This document shows, one piece after another, positions 30,353 to 39,736 of a stretch of 64,000 bases of DNA (within the stretch, counting starts at the first letter, position 1; every line of letters starts with the position of its first letter). Made by a program: the position numbers and the translations under genes. Where the stretch lies: IMG/VR virus record IMGVR_UViG_3300021430_000595; one strand, 5' to 3'. The notes under the pieces are model-generated. The model saw nothing but the letters and a program-made list of their open reading frames with translations, made no database searches and had not been told where the DNA came from. This stretch comes from a virus.

Positions 30353-31207
30353 TTAAAAGAATATTAAAGTTTTCATTCTTTTTATTTCTTCCTGTAAATT
30401 TAGATTAGGTTCAACCTCTTCCGGTTTGACTACCTGAACATTGTCTTGTTTCAGTAATTTGTATAGGTCGGTTTCCGAATCTTTTTCAAGTCTTCTTCTC
30501 GTACCTTCACCCGGTGTTAAGTTACCACCAATTTCTTTTTGTGAATTTTTCCAATCGTCCAATTTTCTTTTGTATAAATCGTCGATAGCTAGTTTTAATT
30601 CATCAGGAGTTATTTGTTTTTGGTTATTAATCACTTTTATTTTACTCTTTAAGTCATCATAGACCTCGACATCCCTTTTAATTTCAGGTGACGGAGTTAT
30701 AGGTGGTTTTTCTTTTGGTTTTGGTTGTGGTAGTTCCTCTTTCTTTTTTGGTTCAGGTTTAGTCGGTTGTGGTGCCGGTTTTTCTGTTTTAGGTTGTTTT
30801 GATGTGTCCCAATCCGAAGTGACATAGGTTACTGTGAAACTTGAATCATCACCTTCTTTATATTGTGGTCTTTTACTGTCAAACTGTTCATCTTCATACA
30901 TTGTTATCGAACCCGGCGAAATTCTACTAATTAAAAATGTCCTCCAACCGTGTTCCGTAAAACCCTTTTTTGATACCGATGGTGGTTGTACCCAACCCCT
31001 AATCGCAAGATTACCCTTTTTCGTTAATCCCGATGCAACCGCTTCGACTTTTATTCTTCTACCTGATTGTACTTCACCTGAAGGTCCTCTATAATAAAAA
31101 GATACTGGTATCCTATTTTTAATGGCATACTCAAGTTTTGCTCTGATTGTAGTTTTCGGAGCATCTTCATTGATTAAGTTATCCAATATGTTATTGAAGT
31201 TTACCAT
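30353..31207 (-). CDS. WYL-domain protein
   Basis: VSFYYRG..R.IKVEAV..AIRGW..GWRTFLISRI, then a Pro/Lys linker; no HTH. Confidence 0.7.
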   Translation of the reverse strand: MVNFNNILDNLINEDAPKTTIRAKLEYAIKNRIPVSFYYRGPSGEVQSGRRIKVEAVASGLTKKGNLAIRGWVQPPSVSKKGFTEHGWRTFLISRISPGSITMYEDEQFDSKRPQYKEGDDSSFTVTYVTSDWDTSKQPKTEKPAPQPTKPEPKKKEELPQPKPKEKPPITPSPEIKRDVEVYDDLKSKIKVINNQKQITPDELKLAIDDLYKRKLDDWKNSQKEIGGNLTPGEGTRRRLEKDSETDLYKLLKQDNVQVVKPEEVEPNLNLQEEIKRMKTLIFF

Positions 31208-31866
31208 TAAAAATCAGGATATGTCTTTGAACTTCCGTATTTATTTTTTGCTTGTAATGTAACTCTTTCGTTTACGTCGGTTTTAGTACCAACATTACCT
31301 GAATTTTCACCTCTACCTTTCTCATCACCATCAGATATTGCGTTCGGGTTTACCGAAGAATATTCAAAAGCCCCATTATATGTGTTTTTTGCTAACAAAG
31401 TTTTTCTTTCATTAATATCAGTTTTAGTACCAATATTACCCGAATTCTCCCCTCTTCCTCTTTCATCGCCGTCAGATAATGCGTTTGGATTTCCTGATGA
31501 ATATTCAAATGAATTATTATATGTGTTTTTTGCTAACAAAGTTTTTCTTTCATTAATGTCGGTTTTTGAACCGATACTACCTGAGAGTTCACCCTTACCT
31601 TTATCATCACCATCAGATAATGCATTTGAGTTTCCTGATGAATATTGATTTGTTGGTCCGTATATGTTTCTTGCTTGTAATGTGGTTCTTTCCGCGATAT
31701 CAGTTTTTGAACCAATACTACCCGAAAGTTCACCTTTACCTCTTTCATCACCGTCAGATAATGCTCCCGTGTTTACTGAACTGTATAGGTCACCATAGTT
31801 ATATTCATTTCTTGCGAGTAGAATGTTTCTTTCTCTGTCTGCTATTATTTCTAATTGTGTTGGCAT
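31207..31866 (-). CDS. Protein made of about 4.5 tandem 47-aa repeats
   Basis: Unit I(N/A)ERxTLxAxNxYxxxxxYSSxNxNALSDGDExGxGExSGxIGxKTD. Confidence 0.85.
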   Translation of the reverse strand: MPTQLEIIADRERNILLARNEYNYGDLYSSVNTGALSDGDERGKGELSGSIGSKTDIAERTTLQARNIYGPTNQYSSGNSNALSDGDDKGKGELSGSIGSKTDINERKTLLAKNTYNNSFEYSSGNPNALSDGDERGRGENSGNIGTKTDINERKTLLAKNTYNGAFEYSSVNPNAISDGDEKGRGENSGNVGTKTDVNERVTLQAKNKYGSSKTYPDF

Positions 31867-31867
31867 A

Positions 31868-32365
31868 TTAGTAACTAATTAATTTTTTTATTTTATCCAT
31901 TTCCTCAAATAACTTTAAGGATGTTAATGGTGATATACTTGTTTTATGTGAGTTACTCTTAACGAGATTTGTTGGGACTTTAAAACTGAATCTTTTTTTA
32001 TGTGATTTTAGATAACTATTTTTTCTTTCACCGGTCATTCCAATCATTTCATCACTGTTCTTTTTTGATTCTTTTCTTCCCTTAATCAAATCTCTTTCTC
32101 CTTGAAGGTATTGATTAGCCCATTTTTCCATTAAATCACCACCACACAAATCATACTTAACTCTATCTTTTGTTTTATCCATGTTTTGAATGTCGTGGAT
32201 AATTCTTTTAAGTTGACCGTATTTCACTTTTTTATCGACTAATAATTTCTTAGCTCTTTGAATACCTCGCACATTCTCACCATTTAAACCACTTACTGTA
32301 TGGTTTATTTTGTCTAAAATGTTTTGTGGAATATCAAAAATCCTACCTTTTAAGTCTTTATTCAT
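31868..32365 (-). CDS. Hypothetical basic protein
   Basis: 165 aa ending LFEEMDKIKKLISY. Confidence 0.65.
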   Translation of the reverse strand: MNKDLKGRIFDIPQNILDKINHTVSGLNGENVRGIQRAKKLLVDKKVKYGQLKRIIHDIQNMDKTKDRVKYDLCGGDLMEKWANQYLQGERDLIKGRKESKKNSDEMIGMTGERKNSYLKSHKKRFSFKVPTNLVKSNSHKTSISPLTSLKLFEEMDKIKKLISY

Positions 32366-33113
32366 CTTCTTTAGAGTCTTTTAGGTCACCTATAACATCG
32401 TTAATTGAAAGATTATTCTTTTTTAACGTATTTTTTAATGCTTCAATTTGTTTTTTAATTATTGGATTTAATTCTGCTTTTACATCTTCAGTTTGGTCTT
32501 TTTTTACCAAATCGTCAGATGATGTTCTTTTTTTTAAAACACTTTCAACGTAGTCACTTACGTATTTTTTGGGGTTTTCAATTAGTCTAACTTTATCACC
32601 ACTTAAATCTTCATCATAACCATATGATGATAATCTTTCTTCTGTTTCATCATCACCCATACCCAAATCGTCCATAAAATAATCCTCAGCATCTTCCATG
32701 TCTTTGTCTTGACCCATGGTCTTCTCAAAACCAAGTGCTTTACTCATATCTGCCTCTGCCCAATATTTTAAAGTCGTGTGTGTACCATGGACACCATGTG
32801 TACCCATTTGTCCCGCTCCGGTTTTAATAACTTGGTCGGTCGTTGCTTTGGATGCTCCACCACTATCCTTTGTTTGTGGTATTTTTTTTACTGTAATGTT
32901 ACCTTTTTCATCAACAATCTCATCAACTTCAGTTTCTACCGCATCCGGTATTTTTTCAAAATCAGTATCTGCGGAAAATTCTTTAGCCCACTTTGACCAT
33001 TTTTTTCTTTCTTTTTTAGGTAAAGATTTGTCAGAAGCCTTAGCGTAGAAGTATCTCTGTTGTTTTTTAGACGCAAAAGTTTCTTCAATAATATGTTTAA
33101 TGTAATTATCCAT
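32358..33113 (-). CDS. Hypothetical protein
   Basis: 251 aa; N-terminus IIEETFASKKQQRYFYA. Confidence 0.65.
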   Translation of the reverse strand: MDNYIKHIIEETFASKKQQRYFYAKASDKSLPKKERKKWSKWAKEFSADTDFEKIPDAVETEVDEIVDEKGNITVKKIPQTKDSGGASKATTDQVIKTGAGQMGTHGVHGTHTTLKYWAEADMSKALGFEKTMGQDKDMEDAEDYFMDDLGMGDDETEERLSSYGYDEDLSGDKVRLIENPKKYVSDYVESVLKKRTSSDDLVKKDQTEDVKAELNPIIKKQIEALKNTLKKNNLSINDVIGDLKDSKEDE

Positions 33114-33131
33114 GTAATTATCTTTTTAAAT

Positions 33132-33162
33132 ATAAATATCAAAAGAAAGGAAAGATATTTAT
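33132..33162. promoter_or_regulatory. Back-to-back putative late promoters at the strand switch
   Basis: ATAAATA 33132-33138 (TATTTAT on the - strand) and TATTTAT 33156-33162 on +, each pointing into its own gene. Confidence 0.7.
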
Positions 33163-33170
33163 AGAATAAC

Positions 33171-34529
33171 ATGAATAGTCAAAACATACTTAAATTTTGG
33201 GGTAGTAAATTGGATTTACAACTGGATTCTTCGGAATTTCACGATTACGAAGTATATAAAACCGATTTGGATTACGATGATTTAGTTTTGGATTTAAATA
33301 ATAGTATCACCTATACCGGTTTGACTATTAATACCACAGGTCTATCAGATACCGATTGTACCCGAGACACAATATCCCTTGTAGAATATGATAATAGCGT
33401 AAATAATAGTGGTTATACGTATTCCGCACTTACTTGGACATTATCATACTCCGCATTAACCAACACATTAAATAATTCGGATATTATTTTAGAGAATGAC
33501 GTTTATAGTTACGAATTGAATGGAAATACCCATTATCTTACAATAGATTCGTATAATGACCCACTTTCTAATCCGTTTTCATTATCAACAAGTGGATTTA
33601 CAACAGGGATAACCGGAGCATCATATTCATGTATTCAAAAACTTGAGGATGAGACTAATTGTTGTCCACAAGACCCAATTCAAAATGCAAAACCATGGGC
33701 GTACCAAATTAATCATGGTGACGGAGCAGACAATTGTAATTACATAGTAAACAGGAGAACGGAAAAAGGTTGGACAATTGATTTGGTATTGAATAAAGAT
33801 AGTAATCCGTGGTCTGATGGTAATATGATTTATTATTTAGGTGTAAGAGGTGAAAATGATTTAGTTGATTATGCCGATAATAATTTATCATTTTCATTTA
33901 GTGATGACGGCAGGATAGAATGGAGAGCAATCAGATATTCGGGTGTTTGTATAACGGATAGTGGTTACACAGAAACATTTTACACATCTTCAGGTCAAAC
34001 ACCGGTGTTATGTACAAATGGAACATCATCAGATTTCAACATAACAATAACATTTGAAAGGGATAAATATTATTTAGATTGTGATATTGAAAATAAAGGT
34101 GGGTGGAATGATTTAATAACAGGTAAAACACTTTTAACCACAATTAAAGATTGGTTAACAGGTGAAACTCCGACTTACGAATATGTTGAGACATTAAATA
34201 AAAAATGGGCTGACGAAAGAAATCGAAGATTGGGTACTTTAAAAATTTATCTAAACGGTAGAACAATCTATAAAATAAAGAATTGGGAGGAGGTTATACC
34301 CTCAACAAGAGGATATCAACCAATGATACAATCTTGGGCGGGTGGTACTCAATATTCCGGTGGAATACATAACAAAGGAATATCTTGTTTTAACTTTAAA
34401 AGGGTGCAGTACTACGAAGAACCTTTGAATTTCGTGAGAGTTAGACACCACTATTTGGTTGATACTAAACCAAATTACGATATAATTGAATGTAACGAAG
34501 ATTGTGTAGACAATGTGGTTGGATTATAA
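33171..34529 (+). CDS. Putative virion protein (beta-sandwich/LamG-like)
   Basis: Thr/Ser/Cys-rich; GWTIDLV, LKIYLNG, YYEEPL pattern. Confidence 0.5.
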   Translation: MNSQNILKFWGSKLDLQLDSSEFHDYEVYKTDLDYDDLVLDLNNSITYTGLTINTTGLSDTDCTRDTISLVEYDNSVNNSGYTYSALTWTLSYSALTNTLNNSDIILENDVYSYELNGNTHYLTIDSYNDPLSNPFSLSTSGFTTGITGASYSCIQKLEDETNCCPQDPIQNAKPWAYQINHGDGADNCNYIVNRRTEKGWTIDLVLNKDSNPWSDGNMIYYLGVRGENDLVDYADNNLSFSFSDDGRIEWRAIRYSGVCITDSGYTETFYTSSGQTPVLCTNGTSSDFNITITFERDKYYLDCDIENKGGWNDLITGKTLLTTIKDWLTGETPTYEYVETLNKKWADERNRRLGTLKIYLNGRTIYKIKNWEEVIPSTRGYQPMIQSWAGGTQYSGGIHNKGISCFNFKRVQYYEEPLNFVRVRHHYLVDTKPNYDIIECNEDCVDNVVGL

Positions 34530-34574
34530 AATATCTCTACAAAAAAAGTTAATTATTACATATATTGAAAATTA

Positions 34575-35678
34575 ATGGATACTTTAAAAATAATATCAAA
34601 TAACTACAACGGACAGACAGCTGTAATTACATATTATCCAGATACGGGTGGTACAATTAATATCGGTACTGTAACATTACCATATGATTATGTTGCACCA
34701 TATTTTTATGGTACATATTCATTGTTTTTTCCCGCGTTTGGTAGTACGTGTACTCTTTTTGTTGAGGATGAGAGTTGTAATTTCTTATTACAAGAAAATG
34801 GTGATTTTATTTTTCAAGAAAACTATTATAAGATATGTATTGAACCTATCGCCCCCACACCATCTATCACACCATCTGTGACTCCAACACCTACACCAAC
34901 AAGAACACCTTCAGTTACCCCTTCGGTAACACCATCCATAACACCATCCATTACACCTTCAGTCACCCCAACACCATCAACAAGTGTAGTTTCAGGTGGT
35001 ATTGTTACGGATAATCTATTCATGGAATTAGATGCATCAAATTACACAAGTGGTACTTGGACTGACGAGACCGGTAATGGTAATAATGCAACAATTAATG
35101 GTGCAACTTGGTTATCAACAGATGGTGGTATTTTTGATTTAGATGGTACAAATGATACAATCAGTGTACCTCACGTATCTAATCTAAGTTTAACAACCAC
35201 AGGACAAAAAACAGTTCAGGTTTGGGTTAAATTTGACGCATTACCAGCATTGAATGTTCAAGTACCTGTTTTTGGTAAACTATCAAGTGCATCAGGTTTT
35301 GATGGATATTGGGGTGGGTTATTTTCAAATGGTGGTGTTGTTAGATGTGTAACAAATGGTACTGCAGTTCAAAGAATCAGTACATCAACATTAACAATAA
35401 CAACTAACACTTGGTATTTATTTACATTCATATCACAAATAACCGCAACCTCAAATACCACTAAAGTTTATATAAACAATACCGAATACATAACCGCAGC
35501 TCACGGTAATGATAGTTATGGGGAAACTAATCCATTCTATTTAGGTTGGATTGGTTCAGGTGTTTCGTCACAATATTTAAACGGAAAAATAGGTGCGTGT
35601 TATTTTTACACAAAAGGTTTAAACACCACAGAAATATCAACAAACTTTAATGCAACTAAAACCAAATATGGTTTATAA
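34575..35678 (+). CDS. Virion decoration/fibre protein: Pro-Thr-Ser linker plus LamG/ConA-like domain
   Basis: TPSVTP repeats; LDASNY..WTDETGNGNNATING, FDLDGTND, TVQVWVK, WYLFT, NFNATKTKYGL. Confidence 0.8.
   Translation: MDTLKIISNNYNGQTAVITYYPDTGGTINIGTVTLPYDYVAPYFYGTYSLFFPAFGSTCTLFVEDESCNFLLQENGDFIFQENYYKICIEPIAPTPSITPSVTPTPTPTRTPSVTPSVTPSITPSITPSVTPTPSTSVVSGGIVTDNLFMELDASNYTSGTWTDETGNGNNATINGATWLSTDGGIFDLDGTNDTISVPHVSNLSLTTTGQKTVQVWVKFDALPALNVQVPVFGKLSSASGFDGYWGGLFSNGGVVRCVTNGTAVQRISTSTLTITTNTWYLFTFISQITATSNTTKVYINNTEYITAAHGNDSYGETNPFYLGWIGSGVSSQYLNGKIGACYFYTKGLNTTEISTNFNATKTKYGL
34850..34985 (+). repeat. TPS(V/I) low-complexity repeat
   Basis: 12-bp-period coding repeats. Confidence 0.85.
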
Positions 35679-35699
35679 TTAAAACAATATTTATAGAAT

Positions 35700-36371
35700 A
35701 TGTCAAACTTACCAATATCTCAATTACCAATAACCCTTACAGCAAATACCGATTCCCAAATTGTGATTGTTGTTGATGGTGTGACATGTCAAATGTCAAA
35801 AAATGATTTTTTATATAATATACCTAATTTCTCAGGTAACACGGATAATTTTAATGGTTCAACAATGAGAACCATTTATTCGAGAACTAATGTAATCACT
35901 TATAATGAGGGTGATACTACAGACTTATTTAGTGGTAGTACTAATTTTGGTTCTAGAAATTTTCCCCAATCTTTTTTTACAAATAGTATAAATTACAATA
36001 ATAAAATTGTTTATTTTAGAATTACAGGAAAATGGGGTGGTGAAGATAACTCTCCTGAAATTGATATCACAACTAAATTTGGTAATGATACATTATCAAC
36101 AATAACAATTAGTGGTTCCAACACCATAGGTGCTAATAATCATCCTGCTGAAATTTACGGTGAAATAATTTTTAATGGTGGTAACGCAATTTGTTGTTAT
36201 TCTATAGGATGGTGCAATAACACGGGTGATTATAAAAGATATGCTCTTAGTGATGCATCTATACCTATAAGTGTTACCGGATTTACGGGTGGTGATTTTC
36301 AATTAATAATGAATAGTAATACCTCAAATGATTACACATCTTATTTAGGATATATTCAAATTTGGAATTAA
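35700..36371 (+). CDS. Putative fibre/decoration protein
   Basis: N-terminal LPISQLP..IVIVVDGVT attachment-type motif; late motif upstream. Confidence 0.5.
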   Translation: MSNLPISQLPITLTANTDSQIVIVVDGVTCQMSKNDFLYNIPNFSGNTDNFNGSTMRTIYSRTNVITYNEGDTTDLFSGSTNFGSRNFPQSFFTNSINYNNKIVYFRITGKWGGEDNSPEIDITTKFGNDTLSTITISGSNTIGANNHPAEIYGEIIFNGGNAICCYSIGWCNNTGDYKRYALSDASIPISVTGFTGGDFQLIMNSNTSNDYTSYLGYIQIWN

Positions 36372-36382
36372 ATTAATATAAT

Positions 36383-36751
36383 ATGGAATTTTTTATAAGA
36401 CAAGGGTCATCAGAACCAATTTTAAAAATGAAAATGGTTGATGACGGTAAAAACGACAAATCGGGTTTCAATGACAGGTTAGAAAGTTGTGATATCACCT
36501 TAGCTATGTACAACGTGGAAACGGGTGAACCCGAAATATTAAATTCTACCTGTCAAATAACCACAAGAACAAAAAAATATAATCAAACCACTGACGAGTA
36601 TTATATTGTTCACCAATTTACTGAATCTCAGACTTCTAAGGTCGGGAGATATGAGGGTATTATTACAATTCAATTTTTGGATACGAGTTTAATTCCCACA
36701 ACCAAGTTGATTTTACCGGTTAAAGAAAAATTGTTTATCACAATATTTTGA
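36383..36751 (+). CDS. Small Ig-like (BppU-N-like) structural protein
   Basis: FFIRQGSSEPILKM..GRYEG..ILP..LFITI. Confidence 0.5.
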   Translation: MEFFIRQGSSEPILKMKMVDDGKNDKSGFNDRLESCDITLAMYNVETGEPEILNSTCQITTRTKKYNQTTDEYYIVHQFTESQTSKVGRYEGIITIQFLDTSLIPTTKLILPVKEKLFITIF

Positions 36752-36779
36752 TAAGTCATTTTTAATTCGTATATTTTTG
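36747..36779 (+). promoter_or_regulatory. Bacteroidota-type promoter for DNA polymerase
   Basis: TTTG 36747-36750, 21-nt spacer, TATTTTTG 36772-36779. Confidence 0.6.
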
Positions 36780-36783
36780 GTAA

Positions 36784-36819
36784 GACAAATTATAACATGG
36801 TGTTATAAGCGAATGTGTC
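36784..36819 (+). promoter_or_regulatory. Inverted repeat/hairpin in the polymerase leader
   Basis: TTATAACA-tgg-TGTTATAA (36790-36808) flanked by GACA...TGTC. Confidence 0.5.
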
Positions 36820-36838
36820 AAACTAAAAATAATACGTT

Positions 36839-39736
36839 ATGTCAGAAGTAATTTCACAAGAAATCATTGAGAGTTTCTTAAACGGTTGGGACCCCGAACA
36901 ATACATAGTAGGGGTAGAGTATGATTATCGAACCAACACAATCTACAAAATCATTCAAGACCCTGACAAGGGTAAAGTTGTTAAATCCGATTCATTCACA
37001 CCATTTCTATGGGTTGGTGACTTATCAGGTCTGAATTTCTATCAAGGAAACAAATCACTGCAGAAGAAAAAAATGGGTGAGTATGGTATTCTTATTGAAA
37101 AATTAGATACCCATGGAAATGAAAGATTGGAAAGTGGTCAAAACTATTTGGTAAAAAGTTTGAAGGGTTATTCAGAACTCATAAACTTTTTTAAACAGGG
37201 TGGGATTGACCCATGGGGTGAAAAGTTTAAACCATTCTTTACAATATTATCACCCGTAGAACAGTATCTAATTCAAAAGAAAAAAAGACTTTTCAAGGGG
37301 ATTGATGATTACTCGGGAGTCCATCGATTTGTATTCGATATTGAGACCACAGGTTTAGAGCCTGAAACCAACAACATAATCTTGATTGGTGTTAAGGATA
37401 ACCGTGGTCTACATAAAACAATACCGGCATTTGGTGAGGATGGTGAAAAGAAGTGTATTGAGGAGTTTTTCCAAATCATTAAAGACTTAAAACCAACGAT
37501 TATTGGTGGTTACAACTCAGCATCATTCGACTTTCCGTTTATATTAAAAAGGGCGGAAATATTAGGTGTTGATATAAGAGAATCAACGGCAATATTGACA
37601 CATGATGGTATAAAACAGAAAGAGGGAGTGTTAAAACTCGCCAATGAAATCGAACCATACACTCAGCACGTTATTTGGGGTCACAATATTGTTGATATTG
37701 CACATGCGGTTCGTAGAGCCCAAGCAATCAATTCAGAGATTAAATCTTGGGGTTTGAAATATATTACCCAATATCTTGAAAAAGAGAAACCTAATCGAGT
37801 TTATGTAGATGGTGCGTTTATTTCCAAAATCTATTTAGATAATCATAGTTACTATGTGAACCCTAAAACGGGTAAATACAAAAAAATAGGTGAACCCGGA
37901 ACTGAAAATCTATTAGATAGATATCCCGGTAAATATGAAATATGGCCAGGTCAAAGAATTATCGAACAATATCTTGATGATGACTTGTATGAAACCATGA
38001 TTGTGGACGATTCATTCTCTCAATCAACATTCTTACTATCAAAGCTAGTACCAACAACTTACGAAAGAATCGCAACTATGGGTACTGCCACATTATGGAA
38101 AATCATCATGTTGGCGTGGTCTTACGAAAATAACTTAGCGATTCCCGCAAAAGATGAAAAAAGAGCAATTACAGGTGGTTTATCCCGATTGTTAAATGTG
38201 GGTTATGCAAAGAACATCGTTAAATTTGACTATGCATCACTTTATCCATCAATTCAACTTGTATATGATGTATTCCCTGAGTGTGACGTAATGGGTGTAC
38301 AGAAATCGATGTTAAAGTACTTCCGTAATATTCGTATCAAATACAAACGTCTTGCTGGTGAACTTAAAGATAAAGACCCGGTACAAGCGGAAATGTATGA
38401 CCGTAAACAATTACCAATTAAGATTTTCATCAACGCATATTTTGGTTCATTATCCGCACCACAGGTATTCCCATGGGGTGATATGAATAAAGGTGAAACA
38501 ATCACATGTACAGGTCGTCAATGTCTTCGTATGATGATTATGTTTTTCGAGAAGAAAGGTTACAAACCACTGGTAATGGACACGGACGGTGTGAACTTCT
38601 CAACTCCTGATAATGTGCAAGACCACGTTTATATCGGTAAAGGTTATAATGAATTGGTTGAGGAGGGGAAGGAATATCGTGGTATTGAGGCCGACACCGC
38701 AGAATTTAATGATACGTTTATGAGAAATGAGATGGGTCTTGATATTGATTATACTGCACCGGCTTGTATTAATGTATCAAGAAAAAATTACATCATCAAA
38801 TTACTCAAAAAAGGTAAAGAAAAAATCAAATTAACGGGTAACACAATCAAATCTAAGAAGTTACAACAATACATTGTTGAATTCTTAGATGAAGGATTAA
38901 AACATCTTTTAAATGGTGATGGTTTATCTTTTGTTGAACTTTATTACAGATATGTTGAACAAATATATAATAAACAGATTCCATTATCTAAGATTGCGAA
39001 TAAATCTCGTGTTAAACAGTCTGTAGATGACTACAAAAAACACATCAAGAAAACAACTAAGGCGGGTTCTTTGATGTCAAGACAAGCTCACATGGAGTTA
39101 ATTATTCAAAATAATTATCCTGCAACTCTTGGTGAGACGATTTATTATATCAATAATGGTGTGAAGAAGTCTGACGGTGATGTTCAAAAGATAACAAAAC
39201 CGACAAAGAAACAACAAGAAGAACATATGAAACAATATGGTATTCCAATGCAACCAAATCATATTGAAATTAATTGTTATATGGTATCAGAAAGGGATTT
39301 AACAACCAACCCTGATATGACAGGAGATTATAATGTTGCACGTTATTTAACCAACTTCAATAAGAGAATAGAACCTCTTTTAGTTGTGTTTAGTCCTGAG
39401 ATTAGACAAGATATTTTAGTTGAAAATCCCGCAGATAGACAATACTTCACAAAAAGTCAATGTGAGTTAGTTAGTGGATTCCCATTAAAAGAGGATGGTC
39501 AAGACAAATATGATGAGGTTATGACTCTTTCTGATAGTGAAGTACTATTTTGGAATAGAGTGAATAGAGACCCATTCTTTATGTACGTTGAGGACAGTCT
39601 AAAACTTGCTGACCCTTATTGGGTTGAACACAACAGAAAAGTTGTTTCTTTAGAAGCTAACAGTATAAAGAGTAACGAGGACGAAATAATCGAAAACAAT
39701 GGTAATGATTATGCGTACCACGCAACCAATATTTAG
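36839..39736 (+). CDS. Family B DNA polymerase with 3'-5' exonuclease
   Basis: DIETT, YNSASFD, FDYASLYPS, KIFINAYFG, MDTDG. Confidence 0.95.
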   Translation: MSEVISQEIIESFLNGWDPEQYIVGVEYDYRTNTIYKIIQDPDKGKVVKSDSFTPFLWVGDLSGLNFYQGNKSLQKKKMGEYGILIEKLDTHGNERLESGQNYLVKSLKGYSELINFFKQGGIDPWGEKFKPFFTILSPVEQYLIQKKKRLFKGIDDYSGVHRFVFDIETTGLEPETNNIILIGVKDNRGLHKTIPAFGEDGEKKCIEEFFQIIKDLKPTIIGGYNSASFDFPFILKRAEILGVDIRESTAILTHDGIKQKEGVLKLANEIEPYTQHVIWGHNIVDIAHAVRRAQAINSEIKSWGLKYITQYLEKEKPNRVYVDGAFISKIYLDNHSYYVNPKTGKYKKIGEPGTENLLDRYPGKYEIWPGQRIIEQYLDDDLYETMIVDDSFSQSTFLLSKLVPTTYERIATMGTATLWKIIMLAWSYENNLAIPAKDEKRAITGGLSRLLNVGYAKNIVKFDYASLYPSIQLVYDVFPECDVMGVQKSMLKYFRNIRIKYKRLAGELKDKDPVQAEMYDRKQLPIKIFINAYFGSLSAPQVFPWGDMNKGETITCTGRQCLRMMIMFFEKKGYKPLVMDTDGVNFSTPDNVQDHVYIGKGYNELVEEGKEYRGIEADTAEFNDTFMRNEMGLDIDYTAPACINVSRKNYIIKLLKKGKEKIKLTGNTIKSKKLQQYIVEFLDEGLKHLLNGDGLSFVELYYRYVEQIYNKQIPLSKIANKSRVKQSVDDYKKHIKKTTKAGSLMSRQAHMELIIQNNYPATLGETIYYINNGVKKSDGDVQKITKPTKKQQEEHMKQYGIPMQPNHIEINCYMVSERDLTTNPDMTGDYNVARYLTNFNKRIEPLLVVFSPEIRQDILVENPADRQYFTKSQCELVSGFPLKEDGQDKYDEVMTLSDSEVLFWNRVNRDPFFMYVEDSLKLADPYWVEHNRKVVSLEANSIKSNEDEIIENNGNDYAYHATNI

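Noticed and set aside
31207-31866. CRISPR array or DGR template/variable repeat
   Set aside because: Repeats are in-frame coding units with synonymous divergence; no unique spacers, adenine-specific pattern or reverse transcriptase.
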